Shown here piece by piece: positions 9,741-19,887 of a stretch of DNA of 64,000 bases. The notes beneath the pieces were generated by a model, which was not told where the DNA came from, searched no databases, and saw only the letters and a list, made by a program, of their open reading frames with translations. Positions within the stretch are counted from its first letter, which is position 1, and every line of letters begins with the position of its first letter. Source of the stretch: Eubacteriales bacterium. GTDB taxonomy: Bacteria > Bacillota > Clostridia > Oscillospirales > QAKW01. A program made the position numbers and the translations under genes. The DNA lies in the NCBI GenBank assembly GCA_045648705.1, contig JAZROO010000060.1, positions 4,238 through 68,237 on the forward strand, given 5' to 3'.

Positions 9741-10571
9741 CTATGCTTCTTGGGCGGCAAGTTCCGCCATTGCAATATTGTACTGTTCTTCGGCAGGAGC
9801 CTTACCGTGCCAACCTACCTGATTTTCCATAAAGGAAACGCCCTTACCTTTGATGGTATTAAAAATAATAGCAACAGGCTTATCAGCAATCGTCTTTGCT
9901 TCTTCAAAAGCAGACTCAATTGCATCAAAATCATGTCCATCAGCCACGATTACGTGGAAGCCAAATGATTCAAACTTTGAATCAATAGGATGAGGAGACA
10001 TAACCTCTTTAACAGGTCCGTCAATTTGCAAACCGTTTGAGTCAACAATTACGCAAAGATTGCCAAGTTTATAGTGCGCAGCAAACATAGCCGCTTCCCA
10101 AACTTGACCTTCTTCAATTTCACCGTCACCAAGTACCGTATATACTCGATAATCCTTATTATCAATTTTTCCGGCAAGTGCCATACCGACCGCAGCAGAT
10201 ATACCTTGACCCAAAGAGCCACTAGACATATCAACACCGGGGATTTTCTTCATATCAGGATGACCCTGCAACATAGAACCGAGTTGACGGAAGTTCTTTA
10301 ATTCCGCAGCATCAAAATAACCCTTTTGAGCAAGACAAGAATAAAGCGCCGGACATGTATGACCCTTGGAAAGCACAAAGCGATCACGATCACACCACTG
10401 CGGATTTTTAGGATCAATATTCAATTCATTAAAATACAAATATGCCATTACATCCGCAATAGACAAAGAGCCGCCGGGATGACCGGATTGAGCACTAAAA
10501 ACTTGGGTTACAACGTCTTTACGAATCGTAAGAGCATGTTGTTGCAATTTACTTTTAAGTTGAGTATCCAT
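9741..10571 (-). CDS. Transketolase, N-terminal (TPP-binding) subunit
   Basis: 276 aa with SGHPGGSLS, GDGEIEEGQVWEA and DSNGLQIDG motifs. Confidence 0.9.
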   Translation of the reverse strand: MDTQLKSKLQQHALTIRKDVVTQVFSAQSGHPGGSLSIADVMAYLYFNELNIDPKNPQWCDRDRFVLSKGHTCPALYSCLAQKGYFDAAELKNFRQLGSMLQGHPDMKKIPGVDMSSGSLGQGISAAVGMALAGKIDNKDYRVYTVLGDGEIEEGQVWEAAMFAAHYKLGNLCVIVDSNGLQIDGPVKEVMSPHPIDSKFESFGFHVIVADGHDFDAIESAFEEAKTIADKPVAIIFNTIKGKGVSFMENQVGWHGKAPAEEQYNIAMAELAAQEA

Positions 10572-10644
10572 TTACTTCCTCCAAAATTATTTTTTACATA
10601 ACTATTCTAATTTGTTCTTAACACTTTGTCAAGTAATAAAAATA

Positions 10645-10673
10645 TTGATTATTTGATATTTGTTTGTTATACT
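10645..10673 (+). promoter_or_regulatory. SigA-type promoter for glyA
   Basis: TTGATT, a 17-nt spacer, then TGtTATACT (extended -10), 23 nt upstream of the ATG. Confidence 0.5.
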
Positions 10674-10695
10674 TTTATACAAAGGAGTGAAAAAA

Positions 10696-11937
10696 ATGAG
10701 ATATTTAGACGAATTGAAAAAATATGATCCGGAAATCTTTGATGCTTGCAGTAAAGAATTAAAGCGTCAGCAAGAAAACATTGAATTAATTGCTTCAGAA
10801 AACATCGTTTCACCTGCCGTACTATATGCAGCAGGCTCAATTCTTACCAACAAATATGCTGAAGGATATCCCGGCAAACGCTATTACGGTGGTTGTCAAT
10901 GCGTTGATATCGCCGAGGAAATTGCGCGTAAAAGAGCGTGTGAACTTTTTGGTGCCGATCACGCCAACGTACAACCTCACAGCGGTGCAAGCGCCAACCT
11001 CGCAGTATTCTTTGCACTTCTTCAACCCGGTGATACCGTTATGGGTATGAATCTTTCCCAAGGCGGTCACCTTTCCCACGGCTCACCCGTTAATATTTCA
11101 GGAAAATATTTTAATATCGTTCCTTATGGTGTTGATAAAGAAACACAGTACATTGATTATGACGAAGTGCGCCGAATCGCACTTGAATGCAAACCCAAAA
11201 TGATTATCGCAGGTGCCAGTGCTTATCCTCGCGTTATCGATTTTGAAAAATTCAGCGCAATTGCCAAAGAAGTCGGCGCTTATCTTATGGTTGATATGGC
11301 ACATATTGCAGGTCTTGTTGCTGCAGGTGTGCATCCCAACCCCGTCCCCTACGCTGGCGTAGTAACAACAACTACTCACAAAACCTTGCGCGGTCCCAGA
11401 GGCGGCTTGATTTTGTGCAAAGAAGAACTCGCAAAGCAGATCGACAAAGCCATTTTCCCCGGTGTACAAGGCGGTCCTTTAATGCATATTATTGCCGCAA
11501 AAGCCGTGGCTTTTGGCGAAGCATTAAAAGATGACTTTAAAGCATATCAAAAGAACATTGTTTCCAATGCCGCCATTTTGGCAGAGGAGTTGCAACGCCG
11601 CGGCATTGATTTGGTTTCCGGCGGAACAGATAATCATTTGATGCTGCTTAACCTAAGAAGCTGTGATATCACAGGCAAAGAACTGGAGCACCGCTTGGAC
11701 GAAGTTCATATTACAGCAAACAAAAACACTATTCCTGATGACCCGCAAAGTCCCTTTGTCACCAGCGGTTTACGTATTGGCACACCTGCTGTTACCTCCA
11801 GAGGTTTCGGCAAAGACGAGATGGTAACGATTGCAGAGTTGATTTATCAAACCATTCACAATTTCTCCGACAAGAAAGATTATATCACCGCCTGCGTTGC
11901 CGATATGTGCAAAAAATTCCCAATCTATCAAGACTAA
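10696..11937 (+). CDS. glyA: Serine hydroxymethyltransferase
   Basis: [22 protein letters not shown] and the PLP-lysine motif [14 protein letters not shown]. The ATG at 10696 sits behind AAAGGAG. Confidence 0.95.
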   Translation: MRYLDELKKYDPEIFDACSKELKRQQENIELIASENIVSPAVLYAAGSILTNKYAEGYPGKRYYGGCQCVDIAEEIARKRACELFGADHANVQPHSGASANLAVFFALLQPGDTVMGMNLSQGGHLSHGSPVNISGKYFNIVPYGVDKETQYIDYDEVRRIALECKPKMIIAGASAYPRVIDFEKFSAIAKEVGAYLMVDMAHIAGLVAAGVHPNPVPYAGVVTTTTHKTLRGPRGGLILCKEELAKQIDKAIFPGVQGGPLMHIIAAKAVAFGEALKDDFKAYQKNIVSNAAILAEELQRRGIDLVSGGTDNHLMLLNLRSCDITGKELEHRLDEVHITANKNTIPDDPQSPFVTSGLRIGTPAVTSRGFGKDEMVTIAELIYQTIHNFSDKKDYITACVADMCKKFPIYQD

Positions 11938-11962
11938 TATCCCATTAAGGATGTGAAAAAAC

Positions 11963-13228
11963 ATGCGTCCATTACCTGACATTTTGCGCCCTGACAGCCT
12001 TGAAAATGTAGTGGGTCAACCGCATTTATTGGGCGAAGGAGCTCTCCTTCGTAATATAATAAACTCGGGAAAAATCCCAAATATGATTTTCTACGGGCCA
12101 AGTGGCTGCGGCAAAACAACGATTGCTAAAATCATTTCCAAAAACAGTAATCAAAAACTATATCAACTAAACGCCACCACTGCATCACTCTCGGATATTA
12201 AAGATATTATTCGAGATATCAACCCCTTCACAAGTCCCAATGGCATTCTTTTGTATTTGGATGAAATTCAATATTTCAATAAACGGCAGCAGCAAAGTTT
12301 GCTTGAATTTATTGAAAATGGCTCCATTACGTTAATTGCATCCACTACAGAAAATCCATACTTCTATATTTATAACGCCATTCTCAGTCGATGCACGGTT
12401 TTTGAATTCAAGCCTGTTTCACCCGAAGAAATCAAACCGTTCATTGAACGCGGCATCAAATATATGGAAAACGAACTTGGGTTTGAAATTTCAATTGATG
12501 AAGATGTGCTTGGGCACATATGCTCTGCTTGCGGTGGTGATGTCAGAAAGGCAGCCAACAGTTTGGAGGTACTATGTCGCGGTTTGAGTGCCGAGCAAAA
12601 CATTATTACCTCAGAACTTGCTGCACAGGCAACGCAAAAAAGTGCCCTGCGTTATGACAGAGATGGAGATAGTCACTATGACATTTTATCTGCATTTCAA
12701 AAATCAATCAGAGGATCCGACGAAAACGCCGCTCTACATTACCTTGCCCGATTGATTGAAGCAAAAGATTTGCCATCAATTTGTCGCAGATTGCTTGTAA
12801 TTGCAAGTGAGGACATTGGACTTGCATATCCAAGTGCCATCAGCATCACCAAAGCTTGTGTTGATTCGGCAATGATGCTTGGATTTCCTGAAGCGCGTAT
12901 TCCGTTGGCACAGGCAGTCATTCTTCTTTCCACCGCGCCCAAATCAAATTCTGCCATATGCGCCATCGATGACGCCCTTTCCGACGTTCGCCAAGGGAAA
13001 GCATACTCTATCCCCTCTTCCTTGCAAGACACCCATTATTACGGTGCCGCTGAACTTGAACGCGGCGAAGGATATAAATATTCACACAATTATCCAAACC
13101 ACTATGTAAGTCAACAATTTTTGCCTGATGAACTCAAAGACAGAGTTTACTATCATTTCGGTAACAACAAAACCGAAAGCGCAAGTAAAGTGTATTGGCA
13201 AAAAGTCAAAGGTAAAACTGATGAATAA
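11963..13228 (+). CDS. rarA: Replication-associated recombination protein A (AAA+ ATPase)
   Basis: LRPDSLENVVGQPHLLG, Walker A GPSGCGKTT, and the MgsA C-terminal region including DAHYD-like SHYDILSAFQKSIRGSD. Confidence 0.9.
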   Translation: MRPLPDILRPDSLENVVGQPHLLGEGALLRNIINSGKIPNMIFYGPSGCGKTTIAKIISKNSNQKLYQLNATTASLSDIKDIIRDINPFTSPNGILLYLDEIQYFNKRQQQSLLEFIENGSITLIASTTENPYFYIYNAILSRCTVFEFKPVSPEEIKPFIERGIKYMENELGFEISIDEDVLGHICSACGGDVRKAANSLEVLCRGLSAEQNIITSELAAQATQKSALRYDRDGDSHYDILSAFQKSIRGSDENAALHYLARLIEAKDLPSICRRLLVIASEDIGLAYPSAISITKACVDSAMMLGFPEARIPLAQAVILLSTAPKSNSAICAIDDALSDVRQGKAYSIPSSLQDTHYYGAAELERGEGYKYSHNYPNHYVSQQFLPDELKDRVYYHFGNNKTESASKVYWQKVKGKTDE

Positions 13229-13856
13229 AAAAGAAAAAATTCATTTTATAATCGATCAACTCAATCAGCGATATCCCCAAGCACATTGTTGTTTGAATTA
13301 CACTAAACCATATGAATTACTGATTGCAACAAGGCTTTCGGCACAATGCACAGATGCAAGAGTCAACCTTGTAACACCAAAACTTTTTGAAAAGTATCCT
13401 ACAATGGAAAGTTTTGCAAATGCCGACTACGAAGATATATGTGAAATCATCCATTCCTGTGGTTTCTATCGCGGAAAAGCAAAAAGCATCATTGAAATGT
13501 GCCAAACCATGCTTGAAAAGCATAACGGACAAGTTCCCGATACAATGGAAGAATTGACCGCGCTTTCCGGCATCGGAAGAAAAACAGCAAACTTGATATT
13601 GGGCGATATTTACGGAAAACCGGCAATCATTGCCGATACCCACTGCATTCGAATCAGCAATCGACTGGGACTTGCAAAAAGTGACCGACCTGAAATTGTT
13701 GAAAAACAACTCAAATCTTGTATTCCTGCGGAACATCAAACAAAGTTGTGCCACAACCTTGTGTTTTTTGGCAGAGAAATCTGTTCTGCCCGTAACCCAA
13801 AATGTGATGAATGCCAACTGAATGCTGTCTGTGCATTTTTTAAAAAAAGATCATAA
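13221..13856 (+). CDS. nth: Endonuclease III
   Basis: HhH-GPD motif (LSGIGRKTANL), catalytic-region DTH and a C-terminal 4Fe-4S cluster CX6CX2CX5C. The ATG at 13221 overlaps the rarA stop; the ORF-track start at 13128 lies inside rarA. Confidence 0.9.
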   Translation: MNKKEKIHFIIDQLNQRYPQAHCCLNYTKPYELLIATRLSAQCTDARVNLVTPKLFEKYPTMESFANADYEDICEIIHSCGFYRGKAKSIIEMCQTMLEKHNGQVPDTMEELTALSGIGRKTANLILGDIYGKPAIIADTHCIRISNRLGLAKSDRPEIVEKQLKSCIPAEHQTKLCHNLVFFGREICSARNPKCDECQLNAVCAFFKKRS

Positions 13857-13867
13857 ATATTTAAAAA

Positions 13868-13896
13868 GGACAGAGAAAATTCTCTGTCCTTTTTTC
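13868..13896 (+). terminator. Intrinsic terminator after nth
   Basis: Stem GGACAGAGA / TCTCTGTCC followed by TTTTTTCTG. Confidence 0.75.
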
Positions 13897-14029
13897 TGTT
13901 AATTTATATTTTAGATGTTTTTTGTTTTTTGGCCTTTATAAATCATAGTAACCATCCACAAAATTTCTCATCACAATTTTATCGCGAAAAACTTACCGTG
14001 TCAACTTACACGTAACTTTTTTGTCGCAA

Positions 14030-14068
14030 ATTAAAACAACACGGCATATCCTCAAGATATACCGTGTT
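14030..14068 (-). terminator. Hairpin terminator after the DUF368 gene
   Basis: 13-bp stem AACACGGCATATC / GATATACCGTGTT with one mismatch; T-rich tail on the minus strand. Confidence 0.5.
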
Positions 14069-14076
14069 TAACAAAA

Positions 14077-14898
14077 TCACTCTCTTCTTCTTTTTAAAAA
14101 CACTGCTAATACAAACGAAATCGATATTCCCAATACCATAAAAACAAGACTGCAGTATAATTGATTGCCCCTCGGAATTCCCGGAAACATTTCACCAAGC
14201 GAAGCAATTACAAATCCAATAATCATGCTTTGACACCCATCGGGATATTTATTAAGGCAATTTGACAAAAGTTTAGATAAAACAATCGTGCCAAATAAAG
14301 TTGCAAAGATGATGGGCAGAAGAATATGAATATTAAACTCATTCACCGCTTTCAAAAATGTTTCATAAAGCCCAAGTGTCATTAGCGTCATAGAAAAGCT
14401 GATACCGGGCAATATCAATGCGCCGCCTAACATCAATCCTGCTATAATCATAATTGCAAATCGTAACAACAGCGGCACTTCCCCGTATGCAATCAAATCA
14501 TTTGGAATAAACCTTACCAATATTACAATCATTGCGCCAAAAATCAACATTGGTAATTTAATGCTACTTATAGTCGATTTATTATTAAAAGTCGTAACAA
14601 ATACACTGCTGACAATAACACCCATAAAGAAAAATATAATCGGAAATTTTGCTGTATCTAAAAGCACCCTGACAACACCGGCCATGGAAATAAACCCTAG
14701 CACACCGCCTATTGCGACCGCGGACAAAAAAGCAAGACTTTCCTTAAATTGCTTGAATATATCGGCAACCGAGGATAATAAATCATCATAAATCCCCAAA
14801 ACGACCGCAATCGTCCCTCCGCTTACACCGGGTATCAGCATCGCAACACCTATCAAAAACCCATAAAATACATTTTGAAAATATTTTTTTATTTTCAT
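14077..14898 (-). CDS. DUF368 family polytopic membrane protein (family recently linked to undecaprenyl-phosphate recycling)
   Basis: N-terminal LIGVAMLIPGVSGGTIAVVLGIYD and a second PGISFS repeat are characteristic of DUF368. ATG at 14898. Confidence 0.75.
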   Translation of the reverse strand: MKIKKYFQNVFYGFLIGVAMLIPGVSGGTIAVVLGIYDDLLSSVADIFKQFKESLAFLSAVAIGGVLGFISMAGVVRVLLDTAKFPIIFFFMGVIVSSVFVTTFNNKSTISSIKLPMLIFGAMIVILVRFIPNDLIAYGEVPLLLRFAIMIIAGLMLGGALILPGISFSMTLMTLGLYETFLKAVNEFNIHILLPIIFATLFGTIVLSKLLSNCLNKYPDGCQSMIIGFVIASLGEMFPGIPRGNQLYCSLVFMVLGISISFVLAVFLKRRRE

Positions 14899-14962
14899 AG
14901 AGCACCTCATTACTACAATATGGATTCCACGGTAAAAATATCATCTTTTTTTCTAATATTGA

Positions 14963-14991
14963 TTGACACTTAATAAATAAAAATATATAAT
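14963..14991 (+). promoter_or_regulatory. Consensus SigA promoter for secDF
   Basis: TTGACA, a 17-nt spacer, then TATAAT, 32 nt upstream of the secD ATG. Confidence 0.65.
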
Positions 14992-15022
14992 ATTAAAGTA
15001 TATTAAAATCAAGGAGGACATT

Positions 15023-16378
15023 ATGAGAAAACGTAAAGTTTCCACAGCAAGAAAATCAGCTTTCTTTATCATTCTTGCTGTCACAGCCTGCGTTGTAACA
15101 TTAGCAGCTGTCGGCCTTTCCGTAGGCGGCACAGACTATGTAAAATCCGCATATGATATCAGAACAGGTATTGACATTCGCGGTGGCGTCAACGCAACTT
15201 TTGTACCCGCAGATGAATCTGTAACCCCTACTGCAGAGGAACTTGAATCTGCCAGAGCAATTTTTGAAACAAGATTGGATGGCGAAGGTATTTTAGACTA
15301 TACCATCACCACAGATAGTGCCAACAATGCAGTAATCGTTGAATTTCCTTGGAAAGCCGATGAAAAGGATTTTGACGCACAAGCTGCCATTGACGAACTC
15401 GGTGCTACCGCCAACCTCACCTTCTGCTCTTTGAAGAAGGACAAAGACGGTGATCTGATTGATGCTGACGGTAAGAAAGTAAACGAAACCGGCAAAGATC
15501 CCGTTCCGGACAAAGTGCTTCTTTCCGGTAAAGATATCAAAAACAGTACATCCGCTTACCAAGAAGGTAAATATGTAGTTGCATTAGAGTTTACCAAAGA
15601 AGGAACCAAAACCTTTGCTGACGCTACCACAAAATACATCAATGATTATATTGGTATTTTCTTGGATGAAACAGCAATCAGCTGGCCGCAAGTTAATTCT
15701 ACCATCAGTGATGGTCAAGCCATTATTGAAGGCGGTTTCACCTTGGACAGTGCCAAAGATCTTGCCACCAAAATCAACGCCGGTGCGCTTCCCTATGCAA
15801 TGACTTCCTCAAATTACAGCTCTATCAGCGCTACCATGGGAACCAAAGCTTTGAGCGTTATGTTGCAAGCAGGTCTTATTACCGCCCTTATCATTTTGGT
15901 ATTTATGCTTCTTTTCTATCGTTTACCCGGATTTGTAGCATGTATCAATTTGATTTTGCAACTTACCATTCAACTTCTTTTATTCTCCAACCTTGGTTTA
16001 ACAATCACCCTGCCCGGTATTGCCGGCGTTATCCTCTCTATTGGAATGAGTGTTGACTCCAATGTTATTATTGCCGAAAGAATCAAAGAAGAAATGGCAA
16101 AAGGCAAAAGTGTTGTTGGTGCGATTGATACCGGCTATGGCAGAGCATTGACCGCCATTGTTGACTGTAACCTGACCACATTGATCGTTTCTTTGTTGTT
16201 GATCTTCCTCGGAACAGGTTCAGTTCTTTCCTTTGGATACACATTGCTGATCGGTATTATCCTCAACTTCTTAGTCAGCGTATTAGCATCTAAATGGATG
16301 CTCCGTTCCTTGAGCTCATACAACTTCCTCAAGAACCCCAAACTCTACGGCTATAAGGAGGTTCAAAACAATGATTAA
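15023..16378 (+). CDS. secD: Protein translocase subunit SecD
   Basis: N-terminal membrane anchor, periplasmic-type P1 domain and a C-terminal six-helix bundle (GIAGVILSIGMSVDSNVIIAERIKEE). Confidence 0.9.
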   Translation: MRKRKVSTARKSAFFIILAVTACVVTLAAVGLSVGGTDYVKSAYDIRTGIDIRGGVNATFVPADESVTPTAEELESARAIFETRLDGEGILDYTITTDSANNAVIVEFPWKADEKDFDAQAAIDELGATANLTFCSLKKDKDGDLIDADGKKVNETGKDPVPDKVLLSGKDIKNSTSAYQEGKYVVALEFTKEGTKTFADATTKYINDYIGIFLDETAISWPQVNSTISDGQAIIEGGFTLDSAKDLATKINAGALPYAMTSSNYSSISATMGTKALSVMLQAGLITALIILVFMLLFYRLPGFVACINLILQLTIQLLLFSNLGLTITLPGIAGVILSIGMSVDSNVIIAERIKEEMAKGKSVVGAIDTGYGRALTAIVDCNLTTLIVSLLLIFLGTGSVLSFGYTLLIGIILNFLVSVLASKWMLRSLSSYNFLKNPKLYGYKEVQNND

Positions 16379-17291
16379 TTTCTACAAAAACAGAAAATGG
16401 TATTTTCTGCTCTCTCTTGTGATTTTTGTTGTTGGTATTTCGTTTATCTTCATTAATGGTGTACAACTTGATATTCAGTTCACAGGTGGTACTAAAATTA
16501 CATATAACTATTCAGGCGAAATCGACACAGATGCTGCCGCTAAAGTAATTCAAAACAGCACCGACAGAATTGTGAGCACTCAGAAATCCACCGGTTCTGT
16601 TGACGGCACCAATTCTTTGGTCGTTAGCCTTGCAGGTAAAGAAAGCTTAAGCACAGAAGAGTTGGATGCAATTGATGCTATCATCTTGAAAGAGTATAAA
16701 GATAACGAAATTGCACGTCAATCAACAACCAATGTTGAGCCCTATATCGGAAACAGATTTTTAAGAAATGGTATTCTCGCCATTTCCTTGGCAGTTATAT
16801 TGATTATACTCTTTGTAACCGTTCGTTTTAAGATTATTTCCGGTTTTTCCGCTTCGGTTTGCGCTTTGATTGCTTTGTTCCACGATGTTTTTGTTGTTTT
16901 CTTCGTATTTGTTATTTTAGGCATTCCGCTCAATGACGGTTTTATTGCCGTAACACTTACCATTCTGGGTTACTCCATTAACGACACTTTGGTTGTATAT
17001 GACAGAATTCGCGAAAACAAAAAGTTGTATATGAACAAAAAACCGTTGGAAGAAATCGTAAATATGTCTATCAATCAATGTTTCCGTCGTTGTATTATTA
17101 CATCGGCCCTCACATTTACCGCAATGTTCCTCGTATTTTTGTTTGCGTTGATTAATGATATTACATCCGTTGTAAACTTTGCATTCCCCTTAATGATCGG
17201 TATTCTTTCCGGTTTCTATTCCAGTATTTGCCTTGCCACTCCCATTTGGGTCACCTGGCAAAATGCTAAAATCAAAAAGATAACAAAATAG
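16371..17291 (+). CDS. secF: Protein translocase subunit SecF
   Basis: DIQFTGGT and GYSINDTLVVYDRIREN motifs. It overlaps the secD stop by 8 nt. Confidence 0.9.
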   Translation: MINFYKNRKWYFLLSLVIFVVGISFIFINGVQLDIQFTGGTKITYNYSGEIDTDAAAKVIQNSTDRIVSTQKSTGSVDGTNSLVVSLAGKESLSTEELDAIDAIILKEYKDNEIARQSTTNVEPYIGNRFLRNGILAISLAVILIILFVTVRFKIISGFSASVCALIALFHDVFVVFFVFVILGIPLNDGFIAVTLTILGYSINDTLVVYDRIRENKKLYMNKKPLEEIVNMSINQCFRRCIITSALTFTAMFLVFLFALINDITSVVNFAFPLMIGILSGFYSSICLATPIWVTWQNAKIKKITK

Positions 17292-17301
17292 TGCATAAAT
17301 T

Positions 17302-17346
17302 AACCTCTATGGTATTTGGAAACATTTACCATAGAGGTTTTTATTT
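17302..17346 (+). terminator. Intrinsic terminator after secF
   Basis: Stem AACCTCTATGGTA / TACCATAGAGGTT followed by TTTTTATTT. Confidence 0.8.
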
Positions 17347-17384
17347 AAAACAAAAGCCTTCAAAACCATTGGTTTTGAAGGCTT
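17347..17384 (-). terminator. Intrinsic terminator ending the rnf-pncC transcription unit
   Basis: Stem AAGCCTTCAAAACC / GGTTTTGAAGGCTT followed by a T-run on the minus strand. Confidence 0.75.
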
Positions 17385-17389
17385 TATAT

Positions 17390-17875
17390 TCATCTTAAAA
17401 ATTCAATGATTTTCTTAAAAACAAAGGTTGCTGTTTGTTTTCTGCGTTCATCGCGACTCATCTCATCATATAACTCCAGTTTATACACATGAGTGTTTTG
17501 CTCATAAAAAACAGCCACATAAATTAACCCGACTTTTTTATCTTTTGTTGCTCCTGTGGGTCCTGCAATTCCCGTAACCCCCACACCAAAGTCAGCAGAG
17601 CCAACACGTGCTATGCCACGCGCCATTTCTGCCGCTGTTTCGGCGCTTACTTCACCGTGAGTATCCAACGTCGTTTGCTGAACGTCAAGCAGTTTTGACT
17701 TGATTTTTCCGCTATAAGACACCACGCCGCATTCAAACACATCAGAAGCACCGCTATGGTCGGTGATACTTTTAGCAATTAAGCCACCGGTACAACTCTC
17801 GGCAAGTGCAATTGTTTTTTGGTTGTCTTTTAATAAAGCAAGACATTGAAGTGAAATATCATAAAGTTCATTCAT
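17390..17875 (-). CDS. pncC: Nicotinamide-nucleotide amidohydrolase (CinA C-terminal domain, PncC)
   Basis: ESCTGGLIA and GVTGIAGP motifs. The ATG at 17875 overlaps the rnfB stop (TGATG); the ORF-track start at 17938 lies inside rnfB. Confidence 0.85.
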   Translation of the reverse strand: MNELYDISLQCLALLKDNQKTIALAESCTGGLIAKSITDHSGASDVFECGVVSYSGKIKSKLLDVQQTTLDTHGEVSAETAAEMARGIARVGSADFGVGVTGIAGPTGATKDKKVGLIYVAVFYEQNTHVYKLELYDEMSRDERRKQTATFVFKKIIEFLR

Positions 17876-18678
17876 CAAAAAACACTCCTGATAATACCAA
17901 TCGGACATTTTTGGGCGCAAACGCCGCAAGAAGTACATTTTTCATAATCAATATGTGCCAAATTATCCGTTACAGTAATTGCTTGTGACGGACAATTTTT
18001 TTCGCAAAGTTTACAACCAATGCATCCGGTAAGACAAGCTTTTTTAGTCTTTGCGCCCTTATCTTTCGAAGAGCACGCAACTATATATTTTGCCCTTTCG
18101 GGAACCAAATCAATGATGTGTTTGGGACAAGCGTCAACACACTCACCACATCCACCACAAAGAGCGGCGTCAACAAAAGCAATACCATCTGAAATTTTAA
18201 TGGCACCATTTGTACAAGCAGAAGCGCACGACCCAAGTCCAAGGCAACCAAAACGGCACTGCATTTGCCCGTCTAAAAGTCTTGCCGCCGCAACACAATC
18301 AGCAATACCCTGATACTGATATTTTGTATGCGCCAATCCATTAGAGCCGCTACAACGAATACGAGCATATTTTCGGTCAACGGCTCCTGCTTCGACACCT
18401 AAAACCTGTGCTATAGCATCAGCTGTTTGTTGTCCCCCTGCATTGCAAAGGTTTGCCGGAGTTTGACCCGAAAGCATTGCATCTGTGTACGCGGCACAAC
18501 CTGCAAATCCGCAGCCTCCGCAATTTGCCCCCGGTAAGCATTCAAGAATCTTTTCTTTTCGTTCATCCTCATGAACAAAAAAGACTTTTGAAGCCAACGT
18601 GAGCAAAATTCCAAAAACCAATCCCAAGATTCCCAAAACGCCTGCGGCGCTGAGAATTGCGCTTAATAATCCCTGCAT
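17875..18678 (-). CDS. rnfB: Rnf electron-transport complex subunit B (polyferredoxin)
   Basis: N-terminal membrane helix, CGGCGFAGC motif, then several CxxCxxCxxxCP ferredoxin motifs. Confidence 0.9.
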   Translation of the reverse strand: MQGLLSAILSAAGVLGILGLVFGILLTLASKVFFVHEDERKEKILECLPGANCGGCGFAGCAAYTDAMLSGQTPANLCNAGGQQTADAIAQVLGVEAGAVDRKYARIRCSGSNGLAHTKYQYQGIADCVAAARLLDGQMQCRFGCLGLGSCASACTNGAIKISDGIAFVDAALCGGCGECVDACPKHIIDLVPERAKYIVACSSKDKGAKTKKACLTGCIGCKLCEKNCPSQAITVTDNLAHIDYEKCTSCGVCAQKCPIGIIRSVF

Positions 18679-18688
18679 ACTATTCCCC

Positions 18689-19273
18689 CTAAAAACTCAG
18701 TCCATTAAAGCCCATAAACGCAAAGGATAACAATGCAGCAGTGATCAAGGCGATCGGAAACCCTTGAAATGGCTTAGGAACATCACAGTAAACAATTCTT
18801 TCTCTTACACAAGCAAACATCCAGATCGCGAGTGTAAATCCAATTGCACTGAAAAACGAACAAACAAGTGATTCAATCAAATTGAATCCATCACGAATGT
18901 TGCTGAGTGCAACACCGAGAACCGCGCAATTGGTAGTAATCAGCGGCAAATAAATACCCAGTGCCTGATACAAGGCGGAAATCATCTTTTTAAGCATCAT
19001 CTCAACCAATTGCACCAACGTAGCAATCACTAAAATGAAAGCGACTGTCTGCATATATTCCAGGCGAAGCGGAACAAGCAAAAATTGATTTACAATCCAA
19101 GTAACCAACGACGAAACCGTCATAATAAAAGTTACAGCCAGACCCATACCAAGTGCCGTATCTCTTTTTTGTGAAACACCCAAAAAAGGACAAATCCCAA
19201 GAAACTGCACCAAAACCAAATTTTCAATAAAAACGCAACTGATTGCTAAAATCATAAGAGAAGCAAAAGACAT
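18689..19273 (-). CDS. rnfA: Rnf complex subunit A
   Basis: 194-aa six-helix protein starting ENLVLVQFLGICPFLGVS. Confidence 0.9.
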   Translation of the reverse strand: MSFASLMILAISCVFIENLVLVQFLGICPFLGVSQKRDTALGMGLAVTFIMTVSSLVTWIVNQFLLVPLRLEYMQTVAFILVIATLVQLVEMMLKKMISALYQALGIYLPLITTNCAVLGVALSNIRDGFNLIESLVCSFFSAIGFTLAIWMFACVRERIVYCDVPKPFQGFPIALITAALLSFAFMGFNGLSF

Positions 19274-19887
19274 TAGTCATTCCCCTCCTTATTTTGATTT
19301 TTGTTTTTGAGATATTGTACCAATGCGATCAAAAATCCCAATGTTAAAAATCCACCTGCAGGCAAAGCCAAAACAGGTATCGGTGCAACACCGCCAAAAA
19401 GTTTCAGTCCAAACACTGTACCTGCGCCCAAAATTTCACGTATCGTTGCCATTGCAACCAATGAACAAGTGAATCCAAGACCCATTGCCAAGCCATCCAA
19501 CGCTGAAGGCAAGGGCTTATTTTTAGAAGCAAAGCTTTCGGCTCGTGCTAAAATAATACAGTTTACAACAATCAACGGAATAAACAAGCCAAGAGATGTC
19601 GAAAGTACCGGCACAAAAGCTTGAATCAACATATCTACTATTGTTACAAAACCAGCAATAATAACTATGTATGCCGCTATTCGAATTTTATTTGAAATAA
19701 CTTTTCTGAGTAAAGATATTACCAAATTTGAACAAATCAACACAAACGTAGCAGCAAGTCCCATACCAAAAGCATTGGAAAGTGAAGTCGAAGTAGCAAG
19801 AGTGGGACACATACCAAGAAGTTGAACTAAATTTGGATTGTTAACGATAATACCATCTTTTAAGGTGGCAATCAAACGATCTTTCAT
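19273..19887 (-). CDS. rnfE: Rnf complex subunit E
   Basis: NPNLVQLLGMCPTLATSTS motif. Stop/start overlaps with both neighbours. Confidence 0.9.
   Translation of the reverse strand: MKDRLIATLKDGIIVNNPNLVQLLGMCPTLATSTSLSNAFGMGLAATFVLICSNLVISLLRKVISNKIRIAAYIVIIAGFVTIVDMLIQAFVPVLSTSLGLFIPLIVVNCIILARAESFASKNKPLPSALDGLAMGLGFTCSLVAMATIREILGAGTVFGLKLFGGVAPIPVLALPAGGFLTLGFLIALVQYLKNKNQNKEGND

Noticed and set aside
8792-10571. Transketolase appears as two ORFs. I asked whether this is a frameshifted pseudogene.
   Set aside because: Split N- and C-terminal transketolase subunits, each with its own RBS (GGAGGAAGTAA ATG and AGGAGGTAAATT ATG), are a common native arrangement in Clostridia and archaea. 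It is not a disruption.
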